Notes: a model not told the origin generated them from the sequence alone. DNA of 64,000 nt from Candidatus Chisholmbacteria bacterium RIFCSPHIGHO2_01_FULL_52_32 (GCA_001816585.1 MHCJ01000003.1:220228-284227), one strand, 5' to 3'; counted from the stretch's first letter, positions 37,525 through 45,120 are shown. Translations and numbers: made by a program.

Positions 37525-37573
37525 CTGGTAAATGGCTTATAGCTAATAGCAGATGGAAAAAGCGTCTAAACGA

Positions 37574-38191
37574 TTATCCGGCTTGCGTACTCATGTAGCG
37601 CTCTTGAGAAAGCATATACTTGGTTCCGGACTTTCCGACCTGTGACCAGAAGAAGGAACGGGCTTGGGCTCTGGAATTGACCGAGTGCATCCAGGTTTTG
37701 GAGTCGGCCACCTTTTTTCGAAGCAGGATAAGTGTTTGCCGTATCTTGTCAAAGAAGTTGAGATGATAAACACCGGGATCGACGACCATCTGCTCTACGG
37801 CGACTTCAACCTCCGCAGCAAGTCCAGCCGCCTCCCCAATGAGCTTTTTTAATTCTTCCTGAATCGCGTTGATTTGAAGCTTGATTTCTTCCTGCTTTCT
37901 TGAATAGACCAGCTGCTCCTGCCTTCGTAGGTGCTGGAAATGCATGCGCTCACTGCGGATGGCATCCTCTTCTCTCCGGCGAATTTCTGTTTCGATGTCG
38001 AGGGATTGTCCGGGCCGTAACTCACCTGATACCGGTTGCCTTTGGGCAAATGTGGAGATCTGGGAAATTACATCAGAAGCGGCATCCGTGACAGCATCTG
38101 CTCCGTTTCTTACGGTTTGATTGCCGAGTTCGCGAAAGGCCTCAAAGAAATTGTCGGATTGGTAGTTTGTTTGGGTTTTCGGCTTGTTCAT
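37574..38191 (-). CDS. hypothetical coiled-coil protein
   Basis: 205 aa, central charged coiled coil. No family recognised. Confidence 0.45.
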   Translation of the reverse strand: MNKPKTQTNYQSDNFFEAFRELGNQTVRNGADAVTDAASDVISQISTFAQRQPVSGELRPGQSLDIETEIRRREEDAIRSERMHFQHLRRQEQLVYSRKQEEIKLQINAIQEELKKLIGEAAGLAAEVEVAVEQMVVDPGVYHLNFFDKIRQTLILLRKKVADSKTWMHSVNSRAQARSFFWSQVGKSGTKYMLSQERYMSTQAG

Positions 38192-38269
38192 CTTCTCTCC
38201 AAAGCTACATACTTCCTATGTAGGAAGCGTGATGGATGGTACCATACAAGTCTTCCGTAGTCAAGTGTA

Positions 38270-39169
38270 CTACATTTTCAGCAGCGCATCGACAACCTTG
38301 CGTTTTTTTAGGCTTGCCCCAATGGTACGTCGTTGGTCCTCGGTACTCAACCTTTCCCGGAGTTTTTCATCCCCTACAGCCTTAATGAGTTCGTCAATTT
38401 CTTCCTTTGTGATCGTGATTTGGAGATCGATCGCGATTTCGTTTAAGATAAGCTCAAGCTTGATCTCTTCTTCCGCTCTGGTTCTGTACTCCGTACGGAG
38501 CTGATCGCTGGTTTTCCCTAAGGAAGTAAGATACTGGTCGAGCGACAAATCGAGCCTTTGCAGTTGTTCGATAAGGTGGGTCAGGGAGTGGTTGAGTTCG
38601 TCTTCAATCAGGATTTCAGGTACCGGTATTGAAATTGCCGAGAGTAAGGCTTGGAATATTTTGGCGAGCTTCTCATCGGTTGACGGTTGGGAAGGAGCGT
38701 TTTTGGGTTGGGTTGATCCAGGTTGTTCAGGTGACGGCTGGTCTTTTCCGGGGACCCAGATTTTCGCAGTGGCCAGAGCCCCTGAAACCACTTTCCTATA
38801 ATTTCCCAGGGTAAACGGAGGTTTTTCTGCGAGCGTGACCGTCAGTGTCCAATCCTGTCCTTCCTCGATCTTTTGGGGTTCGATTTTTGGACTTGCGATG
38901 GGCTTTAGGTTAAGCCGATTTACCTCTTTTAAGTATGCCTCTGGGAGAACCCGTTTGAGTACGGTGGTGTAGAGCTGTTGTTTCCCAACCTTTTCCTCAA
39001 CAAGATTGGTTGGGGCTTTGCCTTTCCGAAACCCACTTACTTCCGTATTTTTCGTGGCATCTGTCAAGACCTTTTCGTACTCTGAAGCGACCGTATCTTT
39101 GGGGATGACGAGCTCAAAGACCGCTGTCCCATCCGGTTTTTTGTTTATTTCTGTCGCGTCTGTTGGCAT
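38270..39169 (-). CDS. tig: trigger factor lacking the PPIase domain
   Basis: 299 aa. N-terminal ribosome-binding domain with GFRKGKAP signature and a C-terminal chaperone arm. The FKBP domain position holds a Pro/Ser/Gln-rich linker. Confidence 0.8.
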   Translation of the reverse strand: MPTDATEINKKPDGTAVFELVIPKDTVASEYEKVLTDATKNTEVSGFRKGKAPTNLVEEKVGKQQLYTTVLKRVLPEAYLKEVNRLNLKPIASPKIEPQKIEEGQDWTLTVTLAEKPPFTLGNYRKVVSGALATAKIWVPGKDQPSPEQPGSTQPKNAPSQPSTDEKLAKIFQALLSAISIPVPEILIEDELNHSLTHLIEQLQRLDLSLDQYLTSLGKTSDQLRTEYRTRAEEEIKLELILNEIAIDLQITITKEEIDELIKAVGDEKLRERLSTEDQRRTIGASLKKRKVVDALLKM

Positions 39170-39397
39170 TTCTGGTTCGTTTTGGGAAACTACCTGGATT
39201 TCGGACTCCCCTTCTTCATTGGTGCGAACTCGGCTTTTAAAATATTTTTCTCATATTTTATCGTTCTCCTGAACCAGTTTGGAGTGCGATAGGCCAGTTT
39301 ATCCCTGCCTTTGATCTTTGAGTAAAACTTCGGCATTCGGTACCTTTCTTTGGGTAAAGATCGCTTTGTGTGTATGCAAAAGCCCTTAAATATGGAG

Positions 39398-39480
39398 TGC
39401 CGCAGGGAGGATTTGAACCTCCATGGGATTTCTCCCACACGGTTCTAAGCCGTGCCTGTCTGCCATTCCAGCACTGCGGC
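39398..39480 (-). tRNA. tRNA-Leu (anticodon TAG)
   Basis: Reverse complement: GCCGCAG/CTGCGGC acceptor, CACGG/CCGTG anticodon stem with loop CTTAGAA, long variable arm TGGGAGAAATCCCAT, GGAGG/CCTCC T-stem, TTCAAAT loop. Confidence 0.8.
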
Positions 39481-39660
39481 TGGTTTTCTCATTTTACCCT
39501 GGCGAAGGGAAAGAGACAAGTGGTGTGTATTCCGTGTGTAGAAATGTAATCCCATAAAAAAACCCCAAAGTACTCCCCGGTGAGGGATTACTTCAGGATC
39601 TGCGCGATATTATATCTATTTCTATAGGGTTGTCAAGAACCTTTCTGTATTGGACTGTTT

Positions 39661-40272
39661 TTAAAAATTTCCAGTGGTTAACTCTTCGATAAACTGATCG
39701 ACACCGCTTGCCCATGAGCCATTGGAGAATGGTGTGTACGTCCGCATGATATCTTCCGGGTCGGTCAGTCCTCGCTCGAGATATTTATTGCTCAAACCCT
39801 TAAGGACCGTTTCGATACCCTCTTCCCAGGAGGTGAAGCAGAGTGTTCCTCTGGAATGGATGCCATATCCCCAGGCGTTGTAGCAATCGCTTGACGGCAT
39901 TTTTTTCCCAAGGTTTGATTCCTGCTGGGCAATTGCGATGAAAAGGTATGGATCAACGTCGTAGCGCTCTGCCGCTTGCACGATGAACTGCCCGTATCCG
40001 GCAAGAGGAGAATCGTAGCGCGTCAGGTACTGGTCAATCATCACCGGCCTGGCATCTTCTATCTGAACCGCTGTTTTTATGGTTGTTGACGCTTGCGGGA
40101 TGGCTGCGTATGCCAGGAACGGTGTTTGAGACGAAAGCACCTGGCGCGCCTGGACCTTTACAAGGGACTCGAGGTCCTTGGTTCTTACCAACTGTTCATA
40201 CATCCGCAGGCTAGTGAAAATGGTGAGAAGAGTGATGGGGAACCAACTGATGAAAAGAACAAGTTTTTTCAT
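39661..40272 (-). CDS. lytic transglycosylase / lysozyme-like protein
   Basis: 203 aa, signal/TM N-terminus. FIAIAQQESNLG resembles the catalytic E-S motif of SLT-family enzymes. Confidence 0.55.
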   Translation of the reverse strand: MKKLVLFISWFPITLLTIFTSLRMYEQLVRTKDLESLVKVQARQVLSSQTPFLAYAAIPQASTTIKTAVQIEDARPVMIDQYLTRYDSPLAGYGQFIVQAAERYDVDPYLFIAIAQQESNLGKKMPSSDCYNAWGYGIHSRGTLCFTSWEEGIETVLKGLSNKYLERGLTDPEDIMRTYTPFSNGSWASGVDQFIEELTTGNF

Positions 40273-40411
40273 ACGGCAGGCTGACTGGGTATGGGAATTT
40301 TCCTGTCCATTTGTGATAAGAGGATCTTGCCGTATCCTGACATATCGTGATACGGAATGTCAAGCGATTTGAAGTTTTTTTAGGTTAAAGGGCTTTGTTT
40401 CGGCGGAAGGA

Positions 40412-40708
40412 TTATAAGGAGAGCTTTTTTAAAAGCCTTCGGAAGAGCGATGGTTTGCGGGTTTCTTTTTCCTGTTTTGTCCACACGGAAAGGATGACCC
40501 ATTCTTCTTTCTCATTCTTTTTTGCCACGACCCGCATGGACTGGTTTTCCCATGTCTTCTTGTATACCCAGGCACCTTTGATCCGGGCGTATTCGGAGAG
40601 ATCGGGATTTCTCCATGTAGCCCAGGCGTCTGACTGTTTGATGCCCCGTTTTCGCATCCGATCGAGCGCATGGTTTGTCCAGATGACACCGCCGAAATGT
40701 TGGTCCAT
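40412..40708 (-). CDS. DUF4258-like small protein
   Basis: 98 aa. IWTNHALDRMRKRGI resembles the DUF4258 N-terminal motif. Confidence 0.45.
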   Translation of the reverse strand: MDQHFGGVIWTNHALDRMRKRGIKQSDAWATWRNPDLSEYARIKGAWVYKKTWENQSMRVVAKKNEKEEWVILSVWTKQEKETRKPSLFRRLLKKLSL

Positions 40709-40741
40709 AAGGTGTGGGAGTGATTGAACGAGCTTTTCCTT

Positions 40742-40816
40742 TGGTGAGCCGCACAGGGGTCGAACCTGTAACCTACTGCTTAAGAGGCAGTTGCTCTACC
40801 ATTGAGCTAGCGGCCC
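40742..40816 (-). tRNA. tRNA-Lys (anticodon CTT), CCA encoded
   Basis: GGGCCGC acceptor, GCTC/GAGC D-stem, ACTGC/GCAGT anticodon stem with loop CTCTTAA, ACAGG/CCTGT T-stem. Confidence 0.85.
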
Positions 40817-40878
40817 AGTACAGATACTTGTCTTTTGTCTTTAGCCAATAGCCACGAGCTATGAGCTGATTGCTGACT

Positions 40879-40954
40879 TGGCGCTCCCGGCGTGATTTGA
40901 ACACGCAACCTCCTGTTCCGAAGACAGGCGCTCTATCCGTTGAGCTACGGGAGC
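40879..40954 (-). tRNA. tRNA-Arg (anticodon TCG), CCA encoded
   Basis: GCTCCCG/CGGGAGC acceptor, CCTGT/ACAGG anticodon stem with loop CTTCGGA, GCGTG/CACGC T-stem. Confidence 0.85.
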
Positions 40955-40958
40955 TTTG

Positions 40959-41031
40959 TGCCGAGGGCAGGAGTTGAACCCGCATCTCGTGTTTTTCAGA
41001 CACGCGCCGTGACCACCTTGGCTACCTCGGC
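40959..41031 (-). tRNA. tRNA-Phe (anticodon GAA) with atypical 3-bp D-stem and long D-loop
   Basis: GCCGAGG/CCTCGGC acceptor, CGTGT/ACACG anticodon stem with loop CTGAAAA, 4-nt variable loop, GCGGG/CCTGC T-stem. The D-arm GCC-AAGGTGGTCAC-GGC resembles class II tRNAs. Only 4 nt separate it from tRNA-Arg. Confidence 0.7.
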
Positions 41032-41082
41032 CAGTTAAAACACTGGTTATTGAAACCTATCTCTTTTTAAAAAGCTACTATG

Positions 41083-41156
41083 TGGTCGCTGCAGGGATCG
41101 AACCTGCGACCTTGCGGATGTAAACCGCACGCTCTAACCGGCTGAGCTAAGCGACC
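41083..41156 (-). tRNA. tRNA-Val (anticodon TAC)
   Basis: GGTCGCT/AGCGACC acceptor, TGCGG/CCGCA anticodon stem with loop TTTACAT, GCAGG/CCTGC T-stem. Confidence 0.85.
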
Positions 41157-41161
41157 TCATG

Positions 41162-41245
41162 TGCCGAGGAGAGGACTCGAACCTCCAAGGGATTTCTCCC
41201 ACAGCCTCCTCAAGACTGCGCGTCTGCCAATTTCGCCACCTCGGC
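41162..41245 (-). tRNA. tRNA-Leu (anticodon GAG)
   Basis: GCCGAGG acceptor, CAGTC/GGCTG anticodon stem with loop TTGAGGA, long variable arm TGGGAGAAATCCCTT. Confidence 0.8.
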
Positions 41246-41267
41246 ATAATACGAAAACATGATTTTG

Positions 41268-41351
41268 TGGGCAAGAGAGGACTCGAACCTCCAAGGACTT
41301 TCGTCCATACGGTCCTGAACCGTACGCGTCTGCCAATTCCGCCACTTGCCC
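41268..41351 (-). tRNA. tRNA-Leu (anticodon CAG)
   Basis: GGGCAAG/CTTGCCC acceptor, TACGG/CCGTA anticodon stem with loop TTCAGGA, long variable arm TGGACGAAAGTCCTT. Confidence 0.8.
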
Positions 41352-41423
41352 AGGAGCAAGTTCCAATTATATCATCGTCTTTTCTCTGGGACAAATTGGT
41401 TATCAGGAATTCGATAGGCAATA

Positions 41424-42158
41424 CTAGGAGCTTGAAGGCAGTCTCAATCGTCGGGCTGTTTTGGGGAACTTATTTCTGAAGGCTTCGATGACAAGTGAAG
41501 CTGCGTTCTCAATCGTCATAGAGGTGGTGTTAATCACGATGTCGTAATAATTGGGGCTAGAAACATCTTTTCCGAAGTACTGACGGATGAATTCTTTCCT
41601 CTTCTTGTCGGTTTCACGGATGACATTGATTGCTTTTTCTCTGTTGATGTGTTCGAACTTGACTGCCCGTTCGACGCGTACGAGGTAGGGCGCGCATATC
41701 CGAACGTGAAGACCCTTGCTAAACGGTGTAATAAAATTTGCACCTCTGCCGAGGATAACAACTTCTCCTCGAATTGCGGCAGAGAGAACGATAGAAGAAA
41801 GCGAATGAATATATCGGATGTCTGAAACATAGTCCGGGTTGAAGGTTGAATGAATGATATCGTCTATCGCGGTTCGGCTGTGTTCGTCAATTGACTCAAG
41901 GAGTGCGCGCCTTTGGTGCACATTCTTTGCCACATCCTCGATGATCTTGCGGTCATAAAGGGTGAAGCCGAGACGTTTGGCAACGAGGGATGCGACTGGT
42001 TTGCCTCCGCTCCCCGGCTCCCTGGAGATGGTGATGAAGGGCTTCTTGAATCGCCCGGATGGTGACTCCGTTTCTTCTTGCAGCTCGCTGCGTTTCAGGC
42101 GTACAAAGGGTGCAGAGCTGAGGACTTTATTGATCAGGCGGCCATAAAAATGGTGCAT
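41424..42158 (-). CDS. cytidylate-kinase-like family protein (P-loop NTPase)
   Basis: 244 aa. P-loop ISREPGSGGKPVASLVAKRLGF and Cytidylate_kin2-like organisation. Confidence 0.7.
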   Translation of the reverse strand: MHHFYGRLINKVLSSAPFVRLKRSELQEETESPSGRFKKPFITISREPGSGGKPVASLVAKRLGFTLYDRKIIEDVAKNVHQRRALLESIDEHSRTAIDDIIHSTFNPDYVSDIRYIHSLSSIVLSAAIRGEVVILGRGANFITPFSKGLHVRICAPYLVRVERAVKFEHINREKAINVIRETDKKRKEFIRQYFGKDVSSPNYYDIVINTTSMTIENAASLVIEAFRNKFPKTARRLRLPSSS

Positions 42159-42205
42159 TTGGAAAGACGATACACAGTTTAGCGGTTCTGGTCAATGCTC
42201 CGTCG

Positions 42206-42235
42206 TTACACCAGATACCTATCTTTTGTTATAAT
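42206..42235 (+). promoter_or_regulatory. candidate promoter for tRNA-Gly(GCC): TATAAT -10 at 42230-42235
   Basis: TTACAC-18 nt-TATAAT, ending 9 nt before the tRNA 5' end. Confidence 0.35.
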
Positions 42236-42244
42236 GCGGGAGAT

Positions 42245-42316
42245 GCGGGTGTGGTGTACCGGTAACACGACTCCTTGCCAAGGAGTAAACAGAGGGTTCG
42301 ATTCCCTTCACCCGCT
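42245..42316 (+). tRNA. tRNA-Gly (anticodon GCC)
   Basis: GCGGGTG/CACCCGC acceptor, GTGT/ACAC D-stem, ACTCC/GGAGT anticodon stem with loop TTGCCAA, GAGGG/CCCTT T-stem, TTCGATT loop. Confidence 0.85.
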
Positions 42317-42477
42317 CTGGTTCGACAGGCTCACCATTCGCGTGAGGCTGTCGAAGCAAATTGATGAAGGGATGAGAAGTTTACCTCTTCGAGCCTGAGC
42401 GATTCGACTGAGCTCATCGTAGATAACCTCAGAGCCGAAAGCCTGAGTGAAATCGAAGGGATTCCCTTCACCCGCTC
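42317..42477 (+). repeat. 160-nt tRNA-associated mini-element ending in an 18-nt direct repeat of the tRNA-Gly 3' end
   Basis: gattcccttcacccgctc at 42300-42317 (T-loop to 3' end of the tRNA) recurs at 42460-42477. The segment between starts with a perfect 14-bp hairpin ttcgacaggctcac/gtgaggctgtcgaa and shares gggatgagaagtt ... cctgagtgaaatcgaaggg with the element after tRNA-Gln. Confidence 0.5.
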
Positions 42478-43540
42478 ACTTGTTGTTCCTTCGAAGTCCG
42501 TAGCGCGTTTCGGCTGCGCTTATGAGAGTTTTTATCAGCTCATCATAATCCATCCCCGCTACACGGGCGGCGAACGGAAAATAGGAACTTTTTGAGACCT
42601 CTGGGGGAGTTAGCCCCGGCGGAGAGTTGATTTCGAGGAAAAACGGATTTTCCTCTTCATCGCAGCGGATATCGATTCGGGAGAGATCTTTGATGTCCAA
42701 TGCCTCCCAGATTTGTCTACCCATGTTCTCCAATTTTCCGCGGAGTCTGGTATCGATTTTGGCGGGACAGAGGAGATGGTCGCTATCTTTTTCTTCTTCC
42801 ACGTACCATTTCACTTCGAGGGAATCGAGCGGTTGGTAGCCTTTGGGTAAGTGTGCGTGGTTTGATTCGATAATCGGGAGAAATTTTGGCGGATTGCCAA
42901 GCATTGCAATAGAGAATTCCCTGCCTGTCAGGAATGGCTCAACGAGGGCGGGTTCGTGAAATGTTTTTAGAATCAGAGTTACCTGCTTTTTCAACTCGGC
43001 ATCGCTTCGGACGACGCTGTCGTTTGTTATCCCGGCTGAAGAACCTTGACCAACCGGTTTGACGATGAGCGGATAAGAGAGACGGCTTTCCCGCTTGTCG
43101 TCTGGGGAGCTGAACAGTTGGTACGGGAGCGTCGGTATTCCGTACGCCTTGCAAAGCTGTTTGGCTTTTGCCTTGTTCATCACCAGCGCTTGGGTTAACG
43201 GAGAGGCGCCGGTATAGGGAATACCTAGCATTTCACACATCGCCGGGATGTGGGCGTAACGATCTTTACCGTGTATCCCGAGGGAATAGTTCAATGCCAG
43301 GTAAATTTCATATCTGTGGCTGTAAAGCGACAGGTAGGCTTTCTCGTCGGCTTCTATTTGCAGGACGTTGTAGCCCACGTGTTTGAGGTGGCTCACCATC
43401 TCCTCGATAGCTTGTGGGTCATCGTAGTCCGCTTCTGTGTACGTTGAGGGGTCTTTAGGGTCCGGATAGCGGTGCCTGACGTTATACAAGAATGCGATGA
43501 GGCGTTTGTTCACGGGTTTGCGGGTAGTTGCCATGTCCAT
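42476..43540 (-). CDS. D-alanine--D-alanine ligase family ATP-grasp enzyme (paralog 1)
   Basis: IHGKDRYAHIPAMCEMLGIPYTGASPLTQALVMNKAKAK matches the Ddl N-terminal/central region. ATP-grasp C-terminal part (EPFLTGREFSIAMLG...IRCDEEENPFFLEINSPPGLT). Start uncertain; the track ORF runs to 43588 and overlaps paralog 2. Confidence 0.7.
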   Translation of the reverse strand: MDMATTRKPVNKRLIAFLYNVRHRYPDPKDPSTYTEADYDDPQAIEEMVSHLKHVGYNVLQIEADEKAYLSLYSHRYEIYLALNYSLGIHGKDRYAHIPAMCEMLGIPYTGASPLTQALVMNKAKAKQLCKAYGIPTLPYQLFSSPDDKRESRLSYPLIVKPVGQGSSAGITNDSVVRSDAELKKQVTLILKTFHEPALVEPFLTGREFSIAMLGNPPKFLPIIESNHAHLPKGYQPLDSLEVKWYVEEEKDSDHLLCPAKIDTRLRGKLENMGRQIWEALDIKDLSRIDIRCDEEENPFFLEINSPPGLTPPEVSKSSYFPFAARVAGMDYDELIKTLISAAETRYGLRRNNK

Positions 43541-44621
43541 TACCGTCCGGTGTCGGTAGTACCTTTGTTCCGACTCCCGTTGCGTCACGCATGGTATTTA
43601 ACAGCAGTCTTTTGAGAATTTCCACAAAAGAAATTCCGTACAGATTCAGGATGTTTGCAAGCGCGCAATCCACTTCTTTCGGGCCGAAGGCCGGATTGGA
43701 GTTTGCGTCGATGAAAAAGTAGCGTCCGGAGCTGTCCATGCGAACGTCAAACTTTCCGTAATCGGCCATTTTCGTAATCTCAAATGCCCGTTTGACGTAC
43801 GCTTTCAACAGCTCATCATGATACCGTTGATAGTGGAACGATTCATCTCCGTGCAGTAACCATTGGTCCTCAAAGGTTGAGAAGACGTACTGTTGGTTTT
43901 CTTTATGGAAGACTTTTTCAGCCAGGTATACTTTCTTGTTTAAGCCTTCAAGGAGCATACCGGTAATTTCACGGCCGACAATAAACTCTTCGACTAAGAC
44001 CGGCTGGTCGTATGTTTGGGTTAAGAATTTGATGCGATCGCGGAGGTGTTTCTCGTTTTCCGAGATTGCGTCCACGGTTATTTCAACGCCGCCGTGGATT
44101 TCGTTTAACTTGGAGATAAGGGGAAAGCGAAGCGTTGGATCGAGTGGGTCATTGGGCGTGTTGAATAGCTGGTTGTTCGGTACGGGAACGCCGTACTGTT
44201 GGAGGAGTTTTTTGACCAAAAACTTGTTGTAGTCAAGTGACTCTCCCAAGATTCCGGCTCCGGTATAGGATATTCCCAACAATTCGAGCACAGCGGGAAT
44301 GGTTGATGCCAAGTATTCGTTTCCTTTGACGGAACCGACCAAATTCATGACGATATCAGGCTTATCGCGGCGAAGCTTTTGCGGGAGCAGAGCATCTCCG
44401 GGGTAAAGCTCGGTTCGGATGCCCATCTTTTCCAAGTAGCTTACGATGATTTTCGCATCATGGAGTGCGTCTTTTTCCGTGAGGTACTGCGCTTCTGTGG
44501 GAAAGTATTCTCGCTTGACTTCGCTATAGGTGACTGCGACTTTCTTTGGAAGCTCAAGGGGAGTTTTGCCGTTTTGGGTCGTTGGCTGGCTGGGCGGTTT
44601 GTCTTCGGTGTCTGCGTTCAT
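43482..44621 (-). CDS. D-alanine--D-alanine ligase family ATP-grasp enzyme (paralog 2)
   Basis: VMNLVGSVKGNEYLASTIPAVLELLGISYTGAGILGESLDYNKFLVKKLL and an ATP-grasp C-terminus. Tandem to paralog 1. Confidence 0.7.
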   Translation of the reverse strand: MNADTEDKPPSQPTTQNGKTPLELPKKVAVTYSEVKREYFPTEAQYLTEKDALHDAKIIVSYLEKMGIRTELYPGDALLPQKLRRDKPDIVMNLVGSVKGNEYLASTIPAVLELLGISYTGAGILGESLDYNKFLVKKLLQQYGVPVPNNQLFNTPNDPLDPTLRFPLISKLNEIHGGVEITVDAISENEKHLRDRIKFLTQTYDQPVLVEEFIVGREITGMLLEGLNKKVYLAEKVFHKENQQYVFSTFEDQWLLHGDESFHYQRYHDELLKAYVKRAFEITKMADYGKFDVRMDSSGRYFFIDANSNPAFGPKEVDCALANILNLYGISFVEILKRLLLNTMRDATGVGTKVLPTPDGNGHGNYPQTREQTPHRILV

Positions 44622-44753
44622 TGTTCAATTCTCTTTTTCGTGTACTATCCATAATTTATTCATTTTTCACAATTGTCAAGTAGGAATATTGGAAGAATCC
44701 TGATAAAATATACTCGTTTCAAAGTATTTGCGTAGTGGTGGAGCTGGAGTCAT

Positions 44754-44824
44754 TGGGAGGTCGTCTAACGGTAGGACATCAGGTTTTGGACCTGAGTATC
44801 GGGGTTCGAATCCCTGCCTCCCAG
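44754..44824 (+). tRNA. tRNA-Gln (anticodon TTG)
   Basis: TGGGAGG/CCTCCCA acceptor, GTCT/GGAC D-stem, TCAGG/CCTGA anticodon stem with loop TTTTGGA, CGGGG/CCCTG T-stem. Confidence 0.85.
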
Positions 44825-44927
44825 CACTTCGACAAGCTCAGTGCTTTAGCACCGGGGTTGTAGAAGCATTGGCAGGGATGAGAAGTTGACCCTGAGTGAA
44901 ATCGAAGGGAATCCCTGCCTCCCAGCA
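44825..44927 (+). repeat. ~100-nt tRNA-associated mini-element ending in a 19-nt direct repeat of the tRNA-Gln 3' end
   Basis: gaatccctgcctcccagca at 44808-44826 recurs at 44909-44927. The element shares ttcgacaRgc, aagca, gggatgagaagtt and cctgagtgaaatcgaaggg with the tRNA-Gly(GCC) element. tRNA-Leu(TAA) begins 7 nt later. Confidence 0.5.
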
Positions 44928-44933
44928 TCACTT

Positions 44934-45017
44934 GCCGCGGTGCTGGAATTGGCAGACAGGCCAGACTTAAAATCTGGTGACCGCAAGGTCGTGTGGGTTC
45001 GACTCCCTCCCGCGGCA
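44934..45017 (+). tRNA. tRNA-Leu (anticodon TAA)
   Basis: GCCGCGG/CCGCGGC acceptor, CCAGA/TCTGG anticodon stem with loop CTTAAAA, long variable arm TGACCGCAAGGTCGT. Confidence 0.8.
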
Positions 45018-45120
45018 CAAATGACTTAAAACTTAAAACTGAAGACTTAAGACGCAAAACGAAAGAGGAGCATGACATTTAGTATTTGGTCTTTCCTGTT
45101 AAGTTGACTATAAGGCAATC

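Noticed and set aside
37574-38191. Tried to assign the 205-aa coiled-coil protein to a cell-division family (ZapA / SepF)
   Set aside because: No specific motif match; kept as hypothetical.
42245-42477. tRNA-Gly(GCC) carrying an intron, with the downstream repeat being the true 3' exon
   Set aside because: The tRNA is complete and folds canonically without the downstream copy (acceptor 3' strand and discriminator at 42310-42316). The downstream copy is a duplicate, not a displaced exon.
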